64,000 nucleotides of DNA from an uncultured Chloroflexia bacterium (GTDB taxonomy: Bacteria; Chloroflexota; Limnocylindria; QHBO01), in assembly GCA_963760875.1 (NCBI GenBank), contig CAVXEH010000002.1, positions 336,258 to 400,257 on the forward strand, read 5' to 3'. How positions within the stretch are numbered: position 1 is the first letter of the stretch; every line of letters begins with the position of its first letter. A program made the translations under genes and the position numbers. Below, piece by piece: positions 1-9,664 of this stretch. The notes below the pieces were generated by a model that saw only the letters and a list, made by a program, of their open reading frames with translations, ran no database searches and was not told the origin of the DNA.

Positions 1-1
1 C

Positions 2-97
2 GTCCACTTCGAGCTGTTCGACGGGACGCACGCCGGCATCGACTGGCGCTACCCGATGGCCCTGGCCTGGCTGGCGCACCGCATCGCGCCAGCCTGA
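2..97 (+). CDS. 3' end of a gene truncated by the window edge; C-terminus resembles the esterase/alpha-beta hydrolase (Ag85/esterase D-like) family
   Basis: In-frame translation VHFELFDGTHAGIDWRYPMALAWLAHRIAPA* ending at TGA 95-97. The G-H-x-W-x-x-W-L pattern is typical of the PF00756-like esterase C-terminus. Confidence 0.3.
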   Translation, partial: VHFELFDGTHAGIDWRYPMALAWLAHRIAPA

Positions 98-117
98 GCT
101 GCCGTCCCCGTCGCCGC

Positions 118-1257
118 TCAGCCGCCCGCCGCGGTCACCGCGGCGCGCAGGCCGTCGAGCGAGAGAGAGCCGGTGTACAGCTGGCCGTTGATGAAGAGCG
201 ACGGCGTCCCGGGGAGATGGAGCGTGGTGGCCGCATCCGAATCCGCCTGGACCGCCGCCCGCACGCTCGAGCCGGTGAGATCCGATGTCCATGTCGACAC
301 GTCCAGACCGGCACTGGTGGCGAGGTTGGTGAAGTACCCGACGGCCGCGTCGTTCGACAGGTTCTCCCACGAGGTCTGGGTGGTGAACAGGCTGTCGTGC
401 ATCGGCCAGAACTTGTCCTGCCGCTGGGCGGCGGCGGCGGCGCGGGCGGCAAGGTCCGCGTTCTGGTGCTGCGGCAGCGGGAAGTAGCGATAGACCAGGG
501 TGATCGAACCCTCGTCAACGAGCTGCTGGAGCTCGGGCGCCACGGCGGCACAGGCCGGGCACTGGAAGTCGGAGAACTCGACCACCGTGACCGGGCCGCT
601 CCCCTCGCTGGGGGCCGAGGTGGGCACCAGGCTGGCGTCACCCGTTGCCGCGGGCACGTTCGTGGCGACGTGGCCCAGGGCGTTGCCGAGCAGGAGGCCC
701 ACCACCAGGATCGCCATCGCGGACGAGGCGTACACGGCGCTCCGCTGCAGCGAGGCGCGCTGGCTGTCGATCTCGCGCGCCGCACGGCGCTGCGCGCGGC
801 GGGAACCTTCCTGGCGGGCCGGCGGTACCTCGGCGTCAGAGGTCCACACCGCGAACGCGGCCACGAAGAGGAGCAGGCTGGCGGCCGCCTGCGTCAGGCA
901 CCACGTACAGAAGGAATGAATGACGAAGGCTTCGACCCCCGTCAGGAGGGCGGACACGCCGACACCCACGATCCCGACCAGCAGCAGGGCCGTTCGAGGT
1001 GAAACCCCGAGGACCGCTGCGGGGTCAACCGTGCGCCAGGCGGTCCAGGCCGCGGCCAGGTAGAAGACAAGACCGACGAGCGGCATCGGGATCCCGAGCG
1101 GGTAGGCGAAGGCGCTGAGGCGCACCTCGTCGCAGCCCGACCCGGTCAGGCAGATGCCGCTGCTGCCGTTGAGGTATTCGACCAGGAGGTACGCGGACAC
1201 GCCGGCGCCGATGATCGCGGCGACGAGGGCAACCTGCCGCCAGCTGGAGCGCTGCAT
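118..1257 (-). CDS. Membrane VKOR-like domain fused to a DsbA/thioredoxin-like domain (disulfide bond formation protein)
   Basis: 379 aa. The N-terminus has multiple TM helices with CxxC-type pairs (CLTGSGC, CTWC) as in vitamin K epoxide reductase. The C-terminal domain has the thioredoxin-fold active site FQCPAC. Confidence 0.75.
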   Translation of the reverse strand: MQRSSWRQVALVAAIIGAGVSAYLLVEYLNGSSGICLTGSGCDEVRLSAFAYPLGIPMPLVGLVFYLAAAWTAWRTVDPAAVLGVSPRTALLLVGIVGVGVSALLTGVEAFVIHSFCTWCLTQAAASLLLFVAAFAVWTSDAEVPPARQEGSRRAQRRAAREIDSQRASLQRSAVYASSAMAILVVGLLLGNALGHVATNVPAATGDASLVPTSAPSEGSGPVTVVEFSDFQCPACAAVAPELQQLVDEGSITLVYRYFPLPQHQNADLAARAAAAAQRQDKFWPMHDSLFTTQTSWENLSNDAAVGYFTNLATSAGLDVSTWTSDLTGSSVRAAVQADSDAATTLHLPGTPSLFINGQLYTGSLSLDGLRAAVTAAGG

Positions 1258-1360
1258 GGTCCGAGCATGCCCGAGTGGCCGGGACGCCGTACCCTGCCGA
1301 ACGGACCGCGAATGGGTGCCTGCTGATACCCGCCCCGCGTGCGGCGCAGCGCCGTATCGG

Positions 1361-1696
1361 TCAGGCGCCGGCCCTCAGTCGGAGGAGGGTCTCCGTTCGC
1401 GGCGTGCTGGCCCGGTCCCGGGAGCGGTCCTCGAGGGCGCCGCCGTCCTGGTAGACGGCCCGCTTCAGGGTCCGGGATGAATGGAAGAGCACCAGGGGGT
1501 CGAGGCGCAGGCGGCCGGCGAAGTAGCTGCGGGTCCACTCGCGCCGCTGCGGATCGTCGACAAAGGTGAATCGAGCGCGCCACGGCTCGGATCGGTCGAC
1601 CTCCACCAGCTCCATGCCCAGCGAGAGAAGCGTCGCGGCGAAGTAGAAGTCGGCGGTGCTGTATCGAATTCGGCTGTCGGATGTCTGGCTGGCCAT
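1361..1696 (-). CDS. Small conserved hypothetical protein
   Basis: The ORF-track ORF is 1361..1873. The internal start MASQTSDSRIRY... is preceded by GAGGTGGA (SD-like) and the upstream extension is unlikely. No motif recognised. Confidence 0.45.
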   Translation of the reverse strand: MASQTSDSRIRYSTADFYFAATLLSLGMELVEVDRSEPWRARFTFVDDPQRREWTRSYFAGRLRLDPLVLFHSSRTLKRAVYQDGGALEDRSRDRASTPRTETLLRLRAGA

Positions 1697-1785
1697 GGGA
1701 CCGTCCACCTCCATCGGTGAAGGGAAAAGGGGGACCGGCCGTCGGACTCCGGTCCCCCTCCGCGTATGCCGGGGATCAGCTCTGC

Positions 1786-3510
1786 TCAGTGGGCGGCGAT
1801 GCTCACCCACGCGTAGTAGTTGTCCCCGGTGTTCTGGTTGTCCTGGGCGGTCGGCCGAAGGTTGGTGACCCACGGCTTGACCACGGTGAACCGCTGTCCG
1901 AAGCGGACGGGGATGATCGGGGCATCTGCCATGATCATCTCCTGCGCCTGGTTGTAGAGCGGGATCTGCTCATCGAGCGAGGCCTTCTGGGCCGCCTGGG
2001 CGAGCAGGTTGTCCAGGTCCTTGTTGCAGTAGCCCATGTAGTTGTTCGCCGAGGTACAGCTGAACAGGTCCGTCAGGAAGTTGTTCGGGTGCGGGTAGTC
2101 CGCGCCCCATCCCAGGCGGAAGATGCTGAACGGGTCACTGCCGAGGCGATCCAGGTAGGAGCCCCACTCGAGGCCGACAGCCTCGACCGAGATGCCGAAC
2201 GCATCGCGCCAGGCCTCGACCATGTAGTCGATCTTGTTCTCCCAGTTGGCGCCGGTGTTGTACCCGATCTGCAGCTTGAGGTCCGCGGGCTTCATGTTCA
2301 GCTCAGCCAGCGCCGCGTCGAAGTCGGCCTTGGCCTTTGCCTTGTCGAACGGATAGAAGACCGTGTCCTGGTGGCCGGGCATCCCCGGGGGCACCATGCT
2401 GTCGGCCACGACGCCGATGCCCGCGAAGGCGGTCGCCATCATGGTCTTCTTGTCGATGGCCTCGTTGAAGGCCTGCCGCAGCTTCACGCTCTTGGTGAAC
2501 GGGCTCTTGGCCTGCTTCACGTCGAAGCCGAAGTACGTGATCGACAGGGTCGCGCCCGAGACGACCTGCTGGCTGAGGGTCGGGTCGCTCTGGACCCGCG
2601 AGACCTCCTGGGACGGCACCAGGGCGGTGTCCTCCTCGTTGGCCTCGTACGCCGCGAGCACGGCGGTGGGATCGGTGATCATGGTGTAGTCGATCTCGGC
2701 GATGGTCGGTGCGCCGACGCCGAGCGCGTCACCGATGGCGGGGTTCCAGTTGGGGTTGGGCTTGAGGACGATCTTGGAGTTGTGGGTCCACTCCGTCATG
2801 GTCATGGGTCCTGAGCCGACCCAGTTGGCCGCCTCGGTGAAGTCCTTGGTCTCGACCCACTTCTTCTCGAGCGGCACGGTGCCGTAGAGGGTCGCGATGT
2901 ACACGAAATAGGCCGCCGGGTGGGCCAGCGTGACCACGAAGGTCTTGTCGTCGGGGGCCGCCACGCCGAACTTATCCAGCATGGCGTTGATGTCGGCGTC
3001 GCTCGTCGTCTTGGTGTCGACCGACAGCAGCTCGGAGCCGCCCTTGACGTCAGCCATGATGTAGCTGTAGCCCGCGGCATTGCGCGGGTCGATCAGGCGC
3101 TTCCAGCTGAAGACGAAATCACCGGCGACGATGGGATCGCCGTTGGAGTACTTGATGTTGTCGCGCAGGTGGAACGTGATCTGCGTCCCGTCAGGGCTGA
3201 TGTCCCAGCTCTTTGCCAGCCACGGGATGACGTTGAGCTGCTGGTCGTAGAAGACGAGCGTCGCTGTCGTCTGCCGCAGGACCGCGATCGACGCGCTGTC
3301 GGTCGCCTGGGTCGGATCCTGGCTGGGGGGCTCGGTGCCGAGGTCGGCGTGCATGACCTGGTCCGCCGCAAGCGGCGGAGTGGCCGACGGGCCGGTCGAT
3401 CCGCTTGCGCCTGGGCTCGTCGAGCTCCCCTGGCCGCCGCACGCGGCGAGCAGGAGCGCCAGGCTCAGCGCCATTCCCATGAGTCGTCTCACGGTTGCTC
3501 CTTCCTGCAT
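1786..3510 (-). CDS. ABC transporter substrate-binding lipoprotein, family 5 (peptide/nickel, DppA/OppA-like)
   Basis: A lipoprotein signal (LSLALLLAACGG) follows a probable start MQEGATV... (AAGGGA SD), or a GTG 18 nt downstream with a GGAAGGAG SD. Length and composition are typical of SBP family 5. The long N-terminal extension in the track is unlikely. Confidence 0.8.
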   Translation of the reverse strand: MQEGATVRRLMGMALSLALLLAACGGQGSSTSPGASGSTGPSATPPLAADQVMHADLGTEPPSQDPTQATDSASIAVLRQTTATLVFYDQQLNVIPWLAKSWDISPDGTQITFHLRDNIKYSNGDPIVAGDFVFSWKRLIDPRNAAGYSYIMADVKGGSELLSVDTKTTSDADINAMLDKFGVAAPDDKTFVVTLAHPAAYFVYIATLYGTVPLEKKWVETKDFTEAANWVGSGPMTMTEWTHNSKIVLKPNPNWNPAIGDALGVGAPTIAEIDYTMITDPTAVLAAYEANEEDTALVPSQEVSRVQSDPTLSQQVVSGATLSITYFGFDVKQAKSPFTKSVKLRQAFNEAIDKKTMMATAFAGIGVVADSMVPPGMPGHQDTVFYPFDKAKAKADFDAALAELNMKPADLKLQIGYNTGANWENKIDYMVEAWRDAFGISVEAVGLEWGSYLDRLGSDPFSIFRLGWGADYPHPNNFLTDLFSCTSANNYMGYCNKDLDNLLAQAAQKASLDEQIPLYNQAQEMIMADAPIIPVRFGQRFTVVKPWVTNLRPTAQDNQNTGDNYYAWVSIAAH

Positions 3511-3598
3511 TCCCTTGCGTTCGATGTGGGCTCGTGCCCGGGTGCACCCCGTTTGCCCATACCTACCCATGGGTCTCGCGCAAGGTTCACTCTCATAA

Positions 3599-3630
3599 CC
3601 ACATGGCGATATTTCTCGCCACATGGTGCG
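3599..3630. promoter_or_regulatory. Operator-like repeat overlapping the start codon of the ArsR-family regulator
   Basis: ACCACATGGCGATATTTCTCGCCACATGGTG: direct repeat CCACATGG x2 flanking an inverted core GGCGA/TCGCC. ArsR/SmtB regulators typically autoregulate through such dyads. Confidence 0.4.
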
Positions 3631-4759
3631 CACGAGAACCGCGAATCGGCTATCGTTGCGGCTCGTGGAGCTCGTCACCAACCCCGCCGCGCCGCCCGGC
3701 ACGCCGCGCATCCTCCCCGTACGGGTCGAGTCCGGCCCGGCCTTCGAGCTGCTGGCGACGCTGTGGGCATTCCTGCATCGGTCCCACCACCCCTACTACG
3801 ACGTTGGGCGCTCGTGGTTCGACCGCATCGCCGCCGATGCCCCCGAGACGGCCGCGCAGGCCCGGGCCTTCGCCGGCGCGTCACTCATGGTCTGGGACCA
3901 CGTCCTGGGCCTGGCGCTCGATGGCGGTCCGCCGTACGAGGTCGACCGCCTCCTCGCGCAGCTGGCGGCCACCGAACCCGAGGCGCTGCGCCTCGCACTC
4001 CTCGGCCGCTGGAACCGGCCGGTCCAGCGCGCCGTCGGCGCCGAACGAATCGACGAGGCGGCGGCGGGAAACGCGACGGCACAGCGCGACTTCATGCGCC
4101 TGGCCTGGCCCGACGAGGCACCCTGGCAGGCAGGGCTGCGGCAGCTGTTCCGGCACGATCCCGCGGAGACGCGCGACGAGCTGGTCGCGGTCCTGCGCGC
4201 CTGGAACCGCGACGTGTTCGCGAACTACATCGGCCCGGTGCAGCCGGCGCTGGATGCGGACGCGGAGGCCAAGCGGGCGAGCGCCGTGACCCTTCCCGCG
4301 CCGGAGCTCATTCGCTCGGCGCTGGACACCGGCTATACGCCCACCGGGGACGTCGCGGGCGTGGTGCTCGTCCCGTCCTTCGTGATCCGGCCGTTCGTGT
4401 ACTTCATCGAGCACGCCGACCAGATGCTCTTCCTGTATCCCGTCGCCGATCGCACCGCGGAGGCCGTGGACCCGGGGCCGCCCGAGCGGCTCGTCAAGCT
4501 GGCCCAGGCGCTCGGGGATCGCGGCCGGCTCGAGATCCTGGGCGTGCTGCGGGAGCGGGACATGGCCGTGAGGGAGATCGCCACCGAACTTGGGCTGGCC
4601 CGTTCCACCCTGCGCCACCACCTGGGGATCCTGCAGGGCGCCGGGCTGATCCGGCCGGTCCAGTCCGGCACCGGGTTCAGCCGCTTCCAGCTGCGCGAGG
4701 AGGCCGCGACGGACCTGGCGGAGCTGCTGGATCGGTTCCTGCGAAGATCCTCCGCATGA
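3623..4759 (+). CDS. ArsR/SmtB-family transcriptional regulator with a large N-terminal domain of unknown function
   Basis: The C-terminal winged HTH RLEILGVLRERDMAVREIATELGLARSTLRHHLGILQGAGLI is classic ArsR. The ~280-aa N-terminal domain has no recognisable catalytic motif. Confidence 0.7.
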   Translation: MVRTRTANRLSLRLVELVTNPAAPPGTPRILPVRVESGPAFELLATLWAFLHRSHHPYYDVGRSWFDRIAADAPETAAQARAFAGASLMVWDHVLGLALDGGPPYEVDRLLAQLAATEPEALRLALLGRWNRPVQRAVGAERIDEAAAGNATAQRDFMRLAWPDEAPWQAGLRQLFRHDPAETRDELVAVLRAWNRDVFANYIGPVQPALDADAEAKRASAVTLPAPELIRSALDTGYTPTGDVAGVVLVPSFVIRPFVYFIEHADQMLFLYPVADRTAEAVDPGPPERLVKLAQALGDRGRLEILGVLRERDMAVREIATELGLARSTLRHHLGILQGAGLIRPVQSGTGFSRFQLREEAATDLAELLDRFLRRSSA

Positions 4760-5094
4760 CCGAGAGCCCTGCGGCGCCCGACGCGCCACGCATCAGCAAC
4801 AATCCCGAGGAACGACGCTACGAGGCCTGGCTCGACGATCGGCTTGCCGGCAAGGCCGAGTACCGCATGGTGGGCGATCGCGTCATCTTCTTCCACACCG
4901 AGATCGATCCCGCCTTCGAGGGCAGGGGCGTGGGGTCGCGCCTGGCCCGGGGCGCGCTCGACGACGTTCGCGCCCGTGGCCTGCGCGTCACGCCCAAGTG
5001 CCCGTTCATCGCGGCCTGGATTGCGCGACATCCCGACTACGCGGACCTCGTCGCCGAGCGCCCGCGCGGCGGGCCGGACGGCGAGAGGAGCTGA
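4756..5094 (+). CDS. Small GNAT-like N-acetyltransferase (Acetyltransf_CG/YjdC-like, ~112 aa)
   Basis: ATG 4756 overlaps the stop of the ArsR gene (ATGA). Sequence MTESPAAP...RYEAWLDDRLAGKAEYRMVGDRVIFFHTEIDPAFEGRGVGSRLARGALDDVRARGLRVTPKCPFIAAWIARHPDY matches the minimal GNAT fold. Confidence 0.55.
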   Translation: MTESPAAPDAPRISNNPEERRYEAWLDDRLAGKAEYRMVGDRVIFFHTEIDPAFEGRGVGSRLARGALDDVRARGLRVTPKCPFIAAWIARHPDYADLVAERPRGGPDGERS

Positions 5095-5108
5095 GCCGGA
5101 GCCTGCGA

Positions 5109-5143
5109 TTGCATGAACCTGCGTCGGTGTGCATAATCATGCG
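5109..5143. promoter_or_regulatory. Candidate ARG boxes (ArgR operator) at the arg operon leader
   Basis: TTGCATGAACCTGCG followed by TGCATAATCATGCG (near-palindrome TGCAT-n4-ATGCg), immediately upstream of and overlapping the first start codon of argH. Confidence 0.35.
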
Positions 5144-5146
5144 CCC

Positions 5147-6577
5147 ATGGCACCCGACCGCGATCCACCCGGAGCCCCGGATCCGCCTCGCTGGGCGGGA
5201 GTCGCCACCGCTCCGCTGAGCGATGCGCTGCTGCTTCTGGCCGGCACGGCCGAGGAGGATGCCCCGCTGGCCGCGCACGACGTCGCGGCGTCGCTCGTCC
5301 ACGTCGGTGAGCTGGAGCGCCTGGGCCTGCTGACGGCCCGGGATGCCGCGCAGGCCCGCGCCGCCCTGGTGGACATCGGCGCAGAGCTCGACGCCGGCAC
5401 GTTCGCCTGGCGCGATGCGCACGAGGACATCCACATGAACGTGGAGGCAACGCTCGCCGGGCGCGTGGGGGAGGCCATCGCGGGGCAGCTCCAGGCGGGG
5501 CGGAGCCGCAACGAGGAGGTGGTCACCGACGAGCGTCGCTGGCTGCTGGCCACCGTCGCGACCCTGGACGCGTCGCTTGCCGCTCTCCAGGAGGCGCTGC
5601 TCGACCAGGCCGACCTCGCCTTCGCGGCGCGGGCCGTCCTCCCCGCCCTGACGCATGGCCAGCCGGCCCAGCCGGTCCTCCTCGCCCACCAGCTGCTGGC
5701 CTGGGTCGAGATGCTGCAGCGCGATCGGGGCCGGCTTGCCGATGCCGCCGCGCGCGCCGACGCGTCGCCTGCAGGCTCGGGGGCCGTGGCCGGCTCGGGT
5801 CTCCAGCTCGATCGCACGGCGATCGCAACGGCGCTGGGCTTCTCGCGGGTCACCGCCAACTCCATCGACGCGGTCGCGGACCGCGACTACGCGGCGGAGC
5901 TGGTGGCGGCGTGCGCCATCGGTGCCGGGCACCTCTCGCGCCTTGCCGGCGAGCTCGCCGGGTGGTCGGCACCCTCTGTCGGTTGGGTGCGGCTGGGCGA
6001 CGGGTACGTCTCGGGCAGCTCCATGCTCCCGAACAAGCGCAACCCGGACAGCTGCGAGCTGGTGCGGGCGCGCGCGGCCCGCATCGCCGGCGACCTGGCC
6101 GTGATCCTGTCCGTCCCGCGCGGCCTGCCCCTCGCCTATCACCGCGACCTGCAGGAGACGCGCGCCGCCATGATCGGCAGCACCCATTCGTTCGGGCTCT
6201 GCCTGCAGGTCATGGACGGCGTGGTGCGCAGCGCCACCTTCGACCACGCGGCGATGCGCGCCGCGGCGGAGGGTGGAGGCCTGGTGGCCACCGCCCTCGC
6301 GGAGCGCCTGGTAGCCGCCGGCGTGCCCTTCCGGGAGGCGCACCACCGGGTGGGGGCCCTGGTCGCTCGCGCCGCCGAGTCCACCTCGACCCTTGCCGAG
6401 CTCCCCGCCGCGATCCTGGCCAAGGCGCTCCCGGAGCTGGCCGGCCGGCCGGACCCGGTGCCGACCCTGGATGAGGCGCTTGCCGCACCGGACCTGCCCG
6501 GCGGGACGGCGCCGGCGCGGGTCGGCGCAGCGCTGGCCGTCGCCCGGGCGCGGCTCGCCACCGGAGAGCCATCATGA
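5147..6577 (+). CDS. argH: Argininosuccinate lyase
   Basis: Fumarate-lyase signature GSSMLPNKRNPD. ArgH-type motif RSRNEEVVTDERRW (S-R-N-D/E). The track ORF starts at GTG 5129; ATG 5147 (MAPDRD) is the more likely start. ATGA overlap with argC. Confidence 0.8.
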   Translation: MAPDRDPPGAPDPPRWAGVATAPLSDALLLLAGTAEEDAPLAAHDVAASLVHVGELERLGLLTARDAAQARAALVDIGAELDAGTFAWRDAHEDIHMNVEATLAGRVGEAIAGQLQAGRSRNEEVVTDERRWLLATVATLDASLAALQEALLDQADLAFAARAVLPALTHGQPAQPVLLAHQLLAWVEMLQRDRGRLADAAARADASPAGSGAVAGSGLQLDRTAIATALGFSRVTANSIDAVADRDYAAELVAACAIGAGHLSRLAGELAGWSAPSVGWVRLGDGYVSGSSMLPNKRNPDSCELVRARAARIAGDLAVILSVPRGLPLAYHRDLQETRAAMIGSTHSFGLCLQVMDGVVRSATFDHAAMRAAAEGGGLVATALAERLVAAGVPFREAHHRVGALVARAAESTSTLAELPAAILAKALPELAGRPDPVPTLDEALAAPDLPGGTAPARVGAALAVARARLATGEPS

Positions 6578-7611
6578 CGACGGCGCGGACCGGGGTGCGG
6601 GCCGCGGTGGTGGGCGCCTCGGGGTACGCGGGCGCGGAGCTCATCCGCCTGCTCGCCGGCCACCCGCAGGTGACCCTCGTCTCCGTCCACGCGCGCGAGC
6701 GCGGCGGCGTGCCATTGGCCGAGGAGCACGCCCATCTCGCGCCGCTGGGGCTCACCCTCGCCGACGGGCTCCCGGATCCGGGGAGCGTGGACGTCGCGTT
6801 CCTGGCCCTGCCCTCGGGCGCGTCGACGGACGCGGCTGCGGCGCTGGTGGGCGCGGACACCACGGTCATCGACATCGGCGCCGACTTCCGGCTCCGCGAC
6901 GAGGCCACCCATCGCGCCTGGTACGGCGACGCGCCACGCCCGGCGGACCTGGCCACGGCAGCGGTCTACGGCCTGACAGAGCACGCCCGTGACCGGCTCC
7001 CGGGGGCCCGCCTGGTCGCCAACCCCGGCTGCTACCCCACCGCCGCGCTCCTGGCGGTCGCCCCCTTCGCGGCGGCCGGGCTGCTGGCGGACGAGGTGGT
7101 TATCGACGCCAAGTCTGGGGTCAGCGGTGCGGGACGCACGGCGTCGCGCGCGTTCGGGTTCAGCGAGCTCGACGCCTCCGTCAGCGCCTACGGGCTGGCC
7201 GGGCATCGGCATCGACCGGAGATCGAGCAGGGCCTGGCCGATGCAGGAGCCGACGGAATCGGCGTTACCTTCGTGCCGCACCTCGTCCCCATGGCCCGTG
7301 GCCTTCTCGCCACCTGCTACCTGCACCTCGGCGAGGACCTCTCCGACGACGCGCTGCAGGCCCTGCTGTGCGATGCCTACCCGGCCGAGCCGTTCGTCCA
7401 CGTCACCGATACCCCGCCGGCCACGAAGATGGCGGCCGGTTCAAACCACGCCTTCCTGTCCGTGACCCGCACCGGCCCGGCTCGCTGCGTGGTGACGAGC
7501 GCCATCGACAACCTGGGCAAGGGGGCCGCGGGACAGGCGATCCAGAACATGAACGTCGTCTTCGGCCTGCCGGAGACCGCCGGGCTCGGTGCCCTGGGCG
7601 TGGTGCCGTGA
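6574..7611 (+). CDS. argC: N-acetyl-gamma-glutamyl-phosphate reductase
   Basis: NAD-binding N-terminus VVGASGYAGAELIRLL. Active-site Cys motif ANPGCYPTAALLA. Confidence 0.9.
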   Translation: MTTARTGVRAAVVGASGYAGAELIRLLAGHPQVTLVSVHARERGGVPLAEEHAHLAPLGLTLADGLPDPGSVDVAFLALPSGASTDAAAALVGADTTVIDIGADFRLRDEATHRAWYGDAPRPADLATAAVYGLTEHARDRLPGARLVANPGCYPTAALLAVAPFAAAGLLADEVVIDAKSGVSGAGRTASRAFGFSELDASVSAYGLAGHRHRPEIEQGLADAGADGIGVTFVPHLVPMARGLLATCYLHLGEDLSDDALQALLCDAYPAEPFVHVTDTPPATKMAAGSNHAFLSVTRTGPARCVVTSAIDNLGKGAAGQAIQNMNVVFGLPETAGLGALGVVP

Positions 7612-8828
7612 CCACCGGCGTGACGATGGTCGCCGGCGGCATCCTGGCGCCGCGCGGCTTCCGCGCGGGATCGGCCTCCGCCGGCCTGCGCGAGCGCAGT
7701 GCCGGCGATGACGTGGCGCTGGTGGTCGCGGACCAGCCGGCGGCCGCCGTGGGGTTCCTCACCGCGAACCGCTTCGCGGCGGCGCCCGTGCAGATCGCCC
7801 GCTCCTCCCTGGCCGCCACGGGTGGACACGCCCGAGCGGTGGTGCTCAACGCCGGCTGCGCCAACGCGGGAACCGGACCCGCGGGACTGGAGGCCGCTGG
7901 CCGCGTGGTCGAGGCGGTGGCCGAGCGCCTCGGCTGCGATCCCGCGGAGGTGCTCCCGGCCTCCACCGGGCTCATCGGCTCGGCGCTGCCGGCGGATCGG
8001 GTGGCGCGGGCGGCCGCGCAGCTGCGCCTGGGTACGGCGGGAGACGCCGCCACGGCCGCGGCGCGCTCGATCATGACCACGGACACCCGGCCCAAGGAGT
8101 CCGCGGCCCGGGCCGCCGTGCGCGGGCAGCCGATCACGGTGGGCGGGATGGCCAAGGGTGCCGGGATGATCCATCCGGCCATGGCGACCATGCTGGCGGT
8201 GGTCACCACCGATGCCCGGGTGGAGCCCTCGACGCTGCGCGCCCTGGCCGCGCCCATCGTCGAGCGGACGTTCAACCAGGTGAGCGTGGACGGTGACACC
8301 TCGACGAACGACACGCTGTACCTGCTCGCGTCGGGTTCGGCCGGTGGTGAGGCCATCACCGGCGAGGGCGAGGCGGCTGCCGCCTTCGCGGCGGCGCTCG
8401 AGGCGGTCTGCACCGACCTCGCCCGCCAGATCGCCGCGGATGGCGAGGGGGCGACCCGCCGCATCGACGTGACGGTCTCCGGAGCCGCGAGCGACGCCGA
8501 GGCCCGGGACGCGGCACGCACCGTGGCGGGATCGAACCTGGTGAAGGCCGCGGTCCACGGCGCCGACCCGAACTGGGGACGCATCGCCGCCGCGGCCGGT
8601 CGCAGCGGCGCCACCCTCGACCCGGAGCGCCTGCGGATCTGGATCGGGGAGGTCCTCACCTTCGCCGGCACGCCCTGTGCCTTCGATCCGCCCGCGGCGA
8701 GCGACGCCATGCGCGGCGAGGTGGTGTCCATCCGCCTCGACCTGGGCGCCGGCAACGGCATCGGCCTGGCCTGGGGCTGCGACCTGTCCGCCGACTACGT
8801 GGCGATCAACAGCGAGTACGCGACATGA
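7608..8828 (+). CDS. argJ: Bifunctional ornithine acetyltransferase / N-acetylglutamate synthase
   Basis: Autoproteolytic site PAMATMLAVVTTDA (ATML, Thr nucleophile) and overall ArgJ length. GTG 7608 overlaps the argC stop; ATG 7626 is the alternative start. Confidence 0.85.
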   Translation: MTTGVTMVAGGILAPRGFRAGSASAGLRERSAGDDVALVVADQPAAAVGFLTANRFAAAPVQIARSSLAATGGHARAVVLNAGCANAGTGPAGLEAAGRVVEAVAERLGCDPAEVLPASTGLIGSALPADRVARAAAQLRLGTAGDAATAAARSIMTTDTRPKESAARAAVRGQPITVGGMAKGAGMIHPAMATMLAVVTTDARVEPSTLRALAAPIVERTFNQVSVDGDTSTNDTLYLLASGSAGGEAITGEGEAAAAFAAALEAVCTDLARQIAADGEGATRRIDVTVSGAASDAEARDAARTVAGSNLVKAAVHGADPNWGRIAAAAGRSGATLDPERLRIWIGEVLTFAGTPCAFDPPAASDAMRGEVVSIRLDLGAGNGIGLAWGCDLSADYVAINSEYAT

Positions 8829-9664
8829 ACGAATCCCCTCGGCAGGCGGTCACCCTCAAGCTGGGCGGCACCAGCGCGCAGCACGCCGGCTGCGTGGAGC
8901 TCGTGGGTCGCCTGGCGGAGCCGGGCTGGGTCGTGGTCCACGGCGGCGGCGGCGAGCTCGATGCCTGGTCGGAGCGAATCGGACTGGTGCCCAGGCGGGT
9001 CGAAGGCCTGCGCGTGACGGATCCCGAGACCCTGGACCTGGCCTGCGCCGTCCTGGGCGGCCTGGTGAACGCCCGCCTGGTCGCTCGCCTGCGGGCCATG
9101 GGTGTTCCGGCGCTGGGCCTCACCGGCCTCGACGGCGGGCTGCTCACCGCCACACCCCTGGATCCGCAGCTGGGCGCGGTGGGCGAGGTCACCGAGGTCG
9201 ACGCGGTCCTCCTGGACGCGCTGGCGGTCGCGGGGCAGGTCCCGGTCGTGGCGTCCATCGCCGCCACGCGGGGCGGCGAGGTGCTCAACGTGAACGCGGA
9301 CACCGCAGCGGGGGCCGTGGCCGCAGCGCGTGGCGGCCTCCTGATCCTGTGCACCGACGTCGCCGGCGTGCTCCATCACGGCAGCCTGGTCGAGCAGATC
9401 GACACCGCGGATGCCCTGCGTCTTCTCGCCGATGGCGCCGCCTCCGGAGGCATGCGCCCGAAGCTGCGCGCCGCCCTCCACGCGGCCACCGCCGGCTGCG
9501 AGGTGCGGATCGTGGACGGCCGCGACCCCGACGCGGTCCTCGCCGCACTGCGGGGAGAGCGCGCCGGCACCCTCGTCACCGCGGGCCCGGCCAGGCCCAC
9601 GCCCATCCAGCCCGGCGCGCCGGGCATCCAGCCGCCCGCGGGGGGCCCCGGAGGGAGCACATGA
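8825..9664 (+). CDS. argB: Acetylglutamate kinase
   Basis: Amino-acid kinase motifs VVHGGGG and NVNADTAAGAVA. ATGA overlap with argJ. Confidence 0.85.
   Translation: MNESPRQAVTLKLGGTSAQHAGCVELVGRLAEPGWVVVHGGGGELDAWSERIGLVPRRVEGLRVTDPETLDLACAVLGGLVNARLVARLRAMGVPALGLTGLDGGLLTATPLDPQLGAVGEVTEVDAVLLDALAVAGQVPVVASIAATRGGEVLNVNADTAAGAVAAARGGLLILCTDVAGVLHHGSLVEQIDTADALRLLADGAASGGMRPKLRAALHAATAGCEVRIVDGRDPDAVLAALRGERAGTLVTAGPARPTPIQPGAPGIQPPAGGPGGST

Noticed and set aside
1681-5094. Very long ORFs antisense to or overlapping real genes (for example 1681-2814, 2920-5094 N-terminal part, 5006-6346, 6139-7401, 7377-8558, 7403-8761, 8677-10167 N-terminal part, 11645-13237, 13258-14286, 17500-19053)
   Set aside because: Their translations are Arg/Pro/Gly/Ala-rich low-complexity sequence typical of frame shadows in ~70% GC DNA. 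They overlap genes with clear conserved motifs on the other strand or frame.
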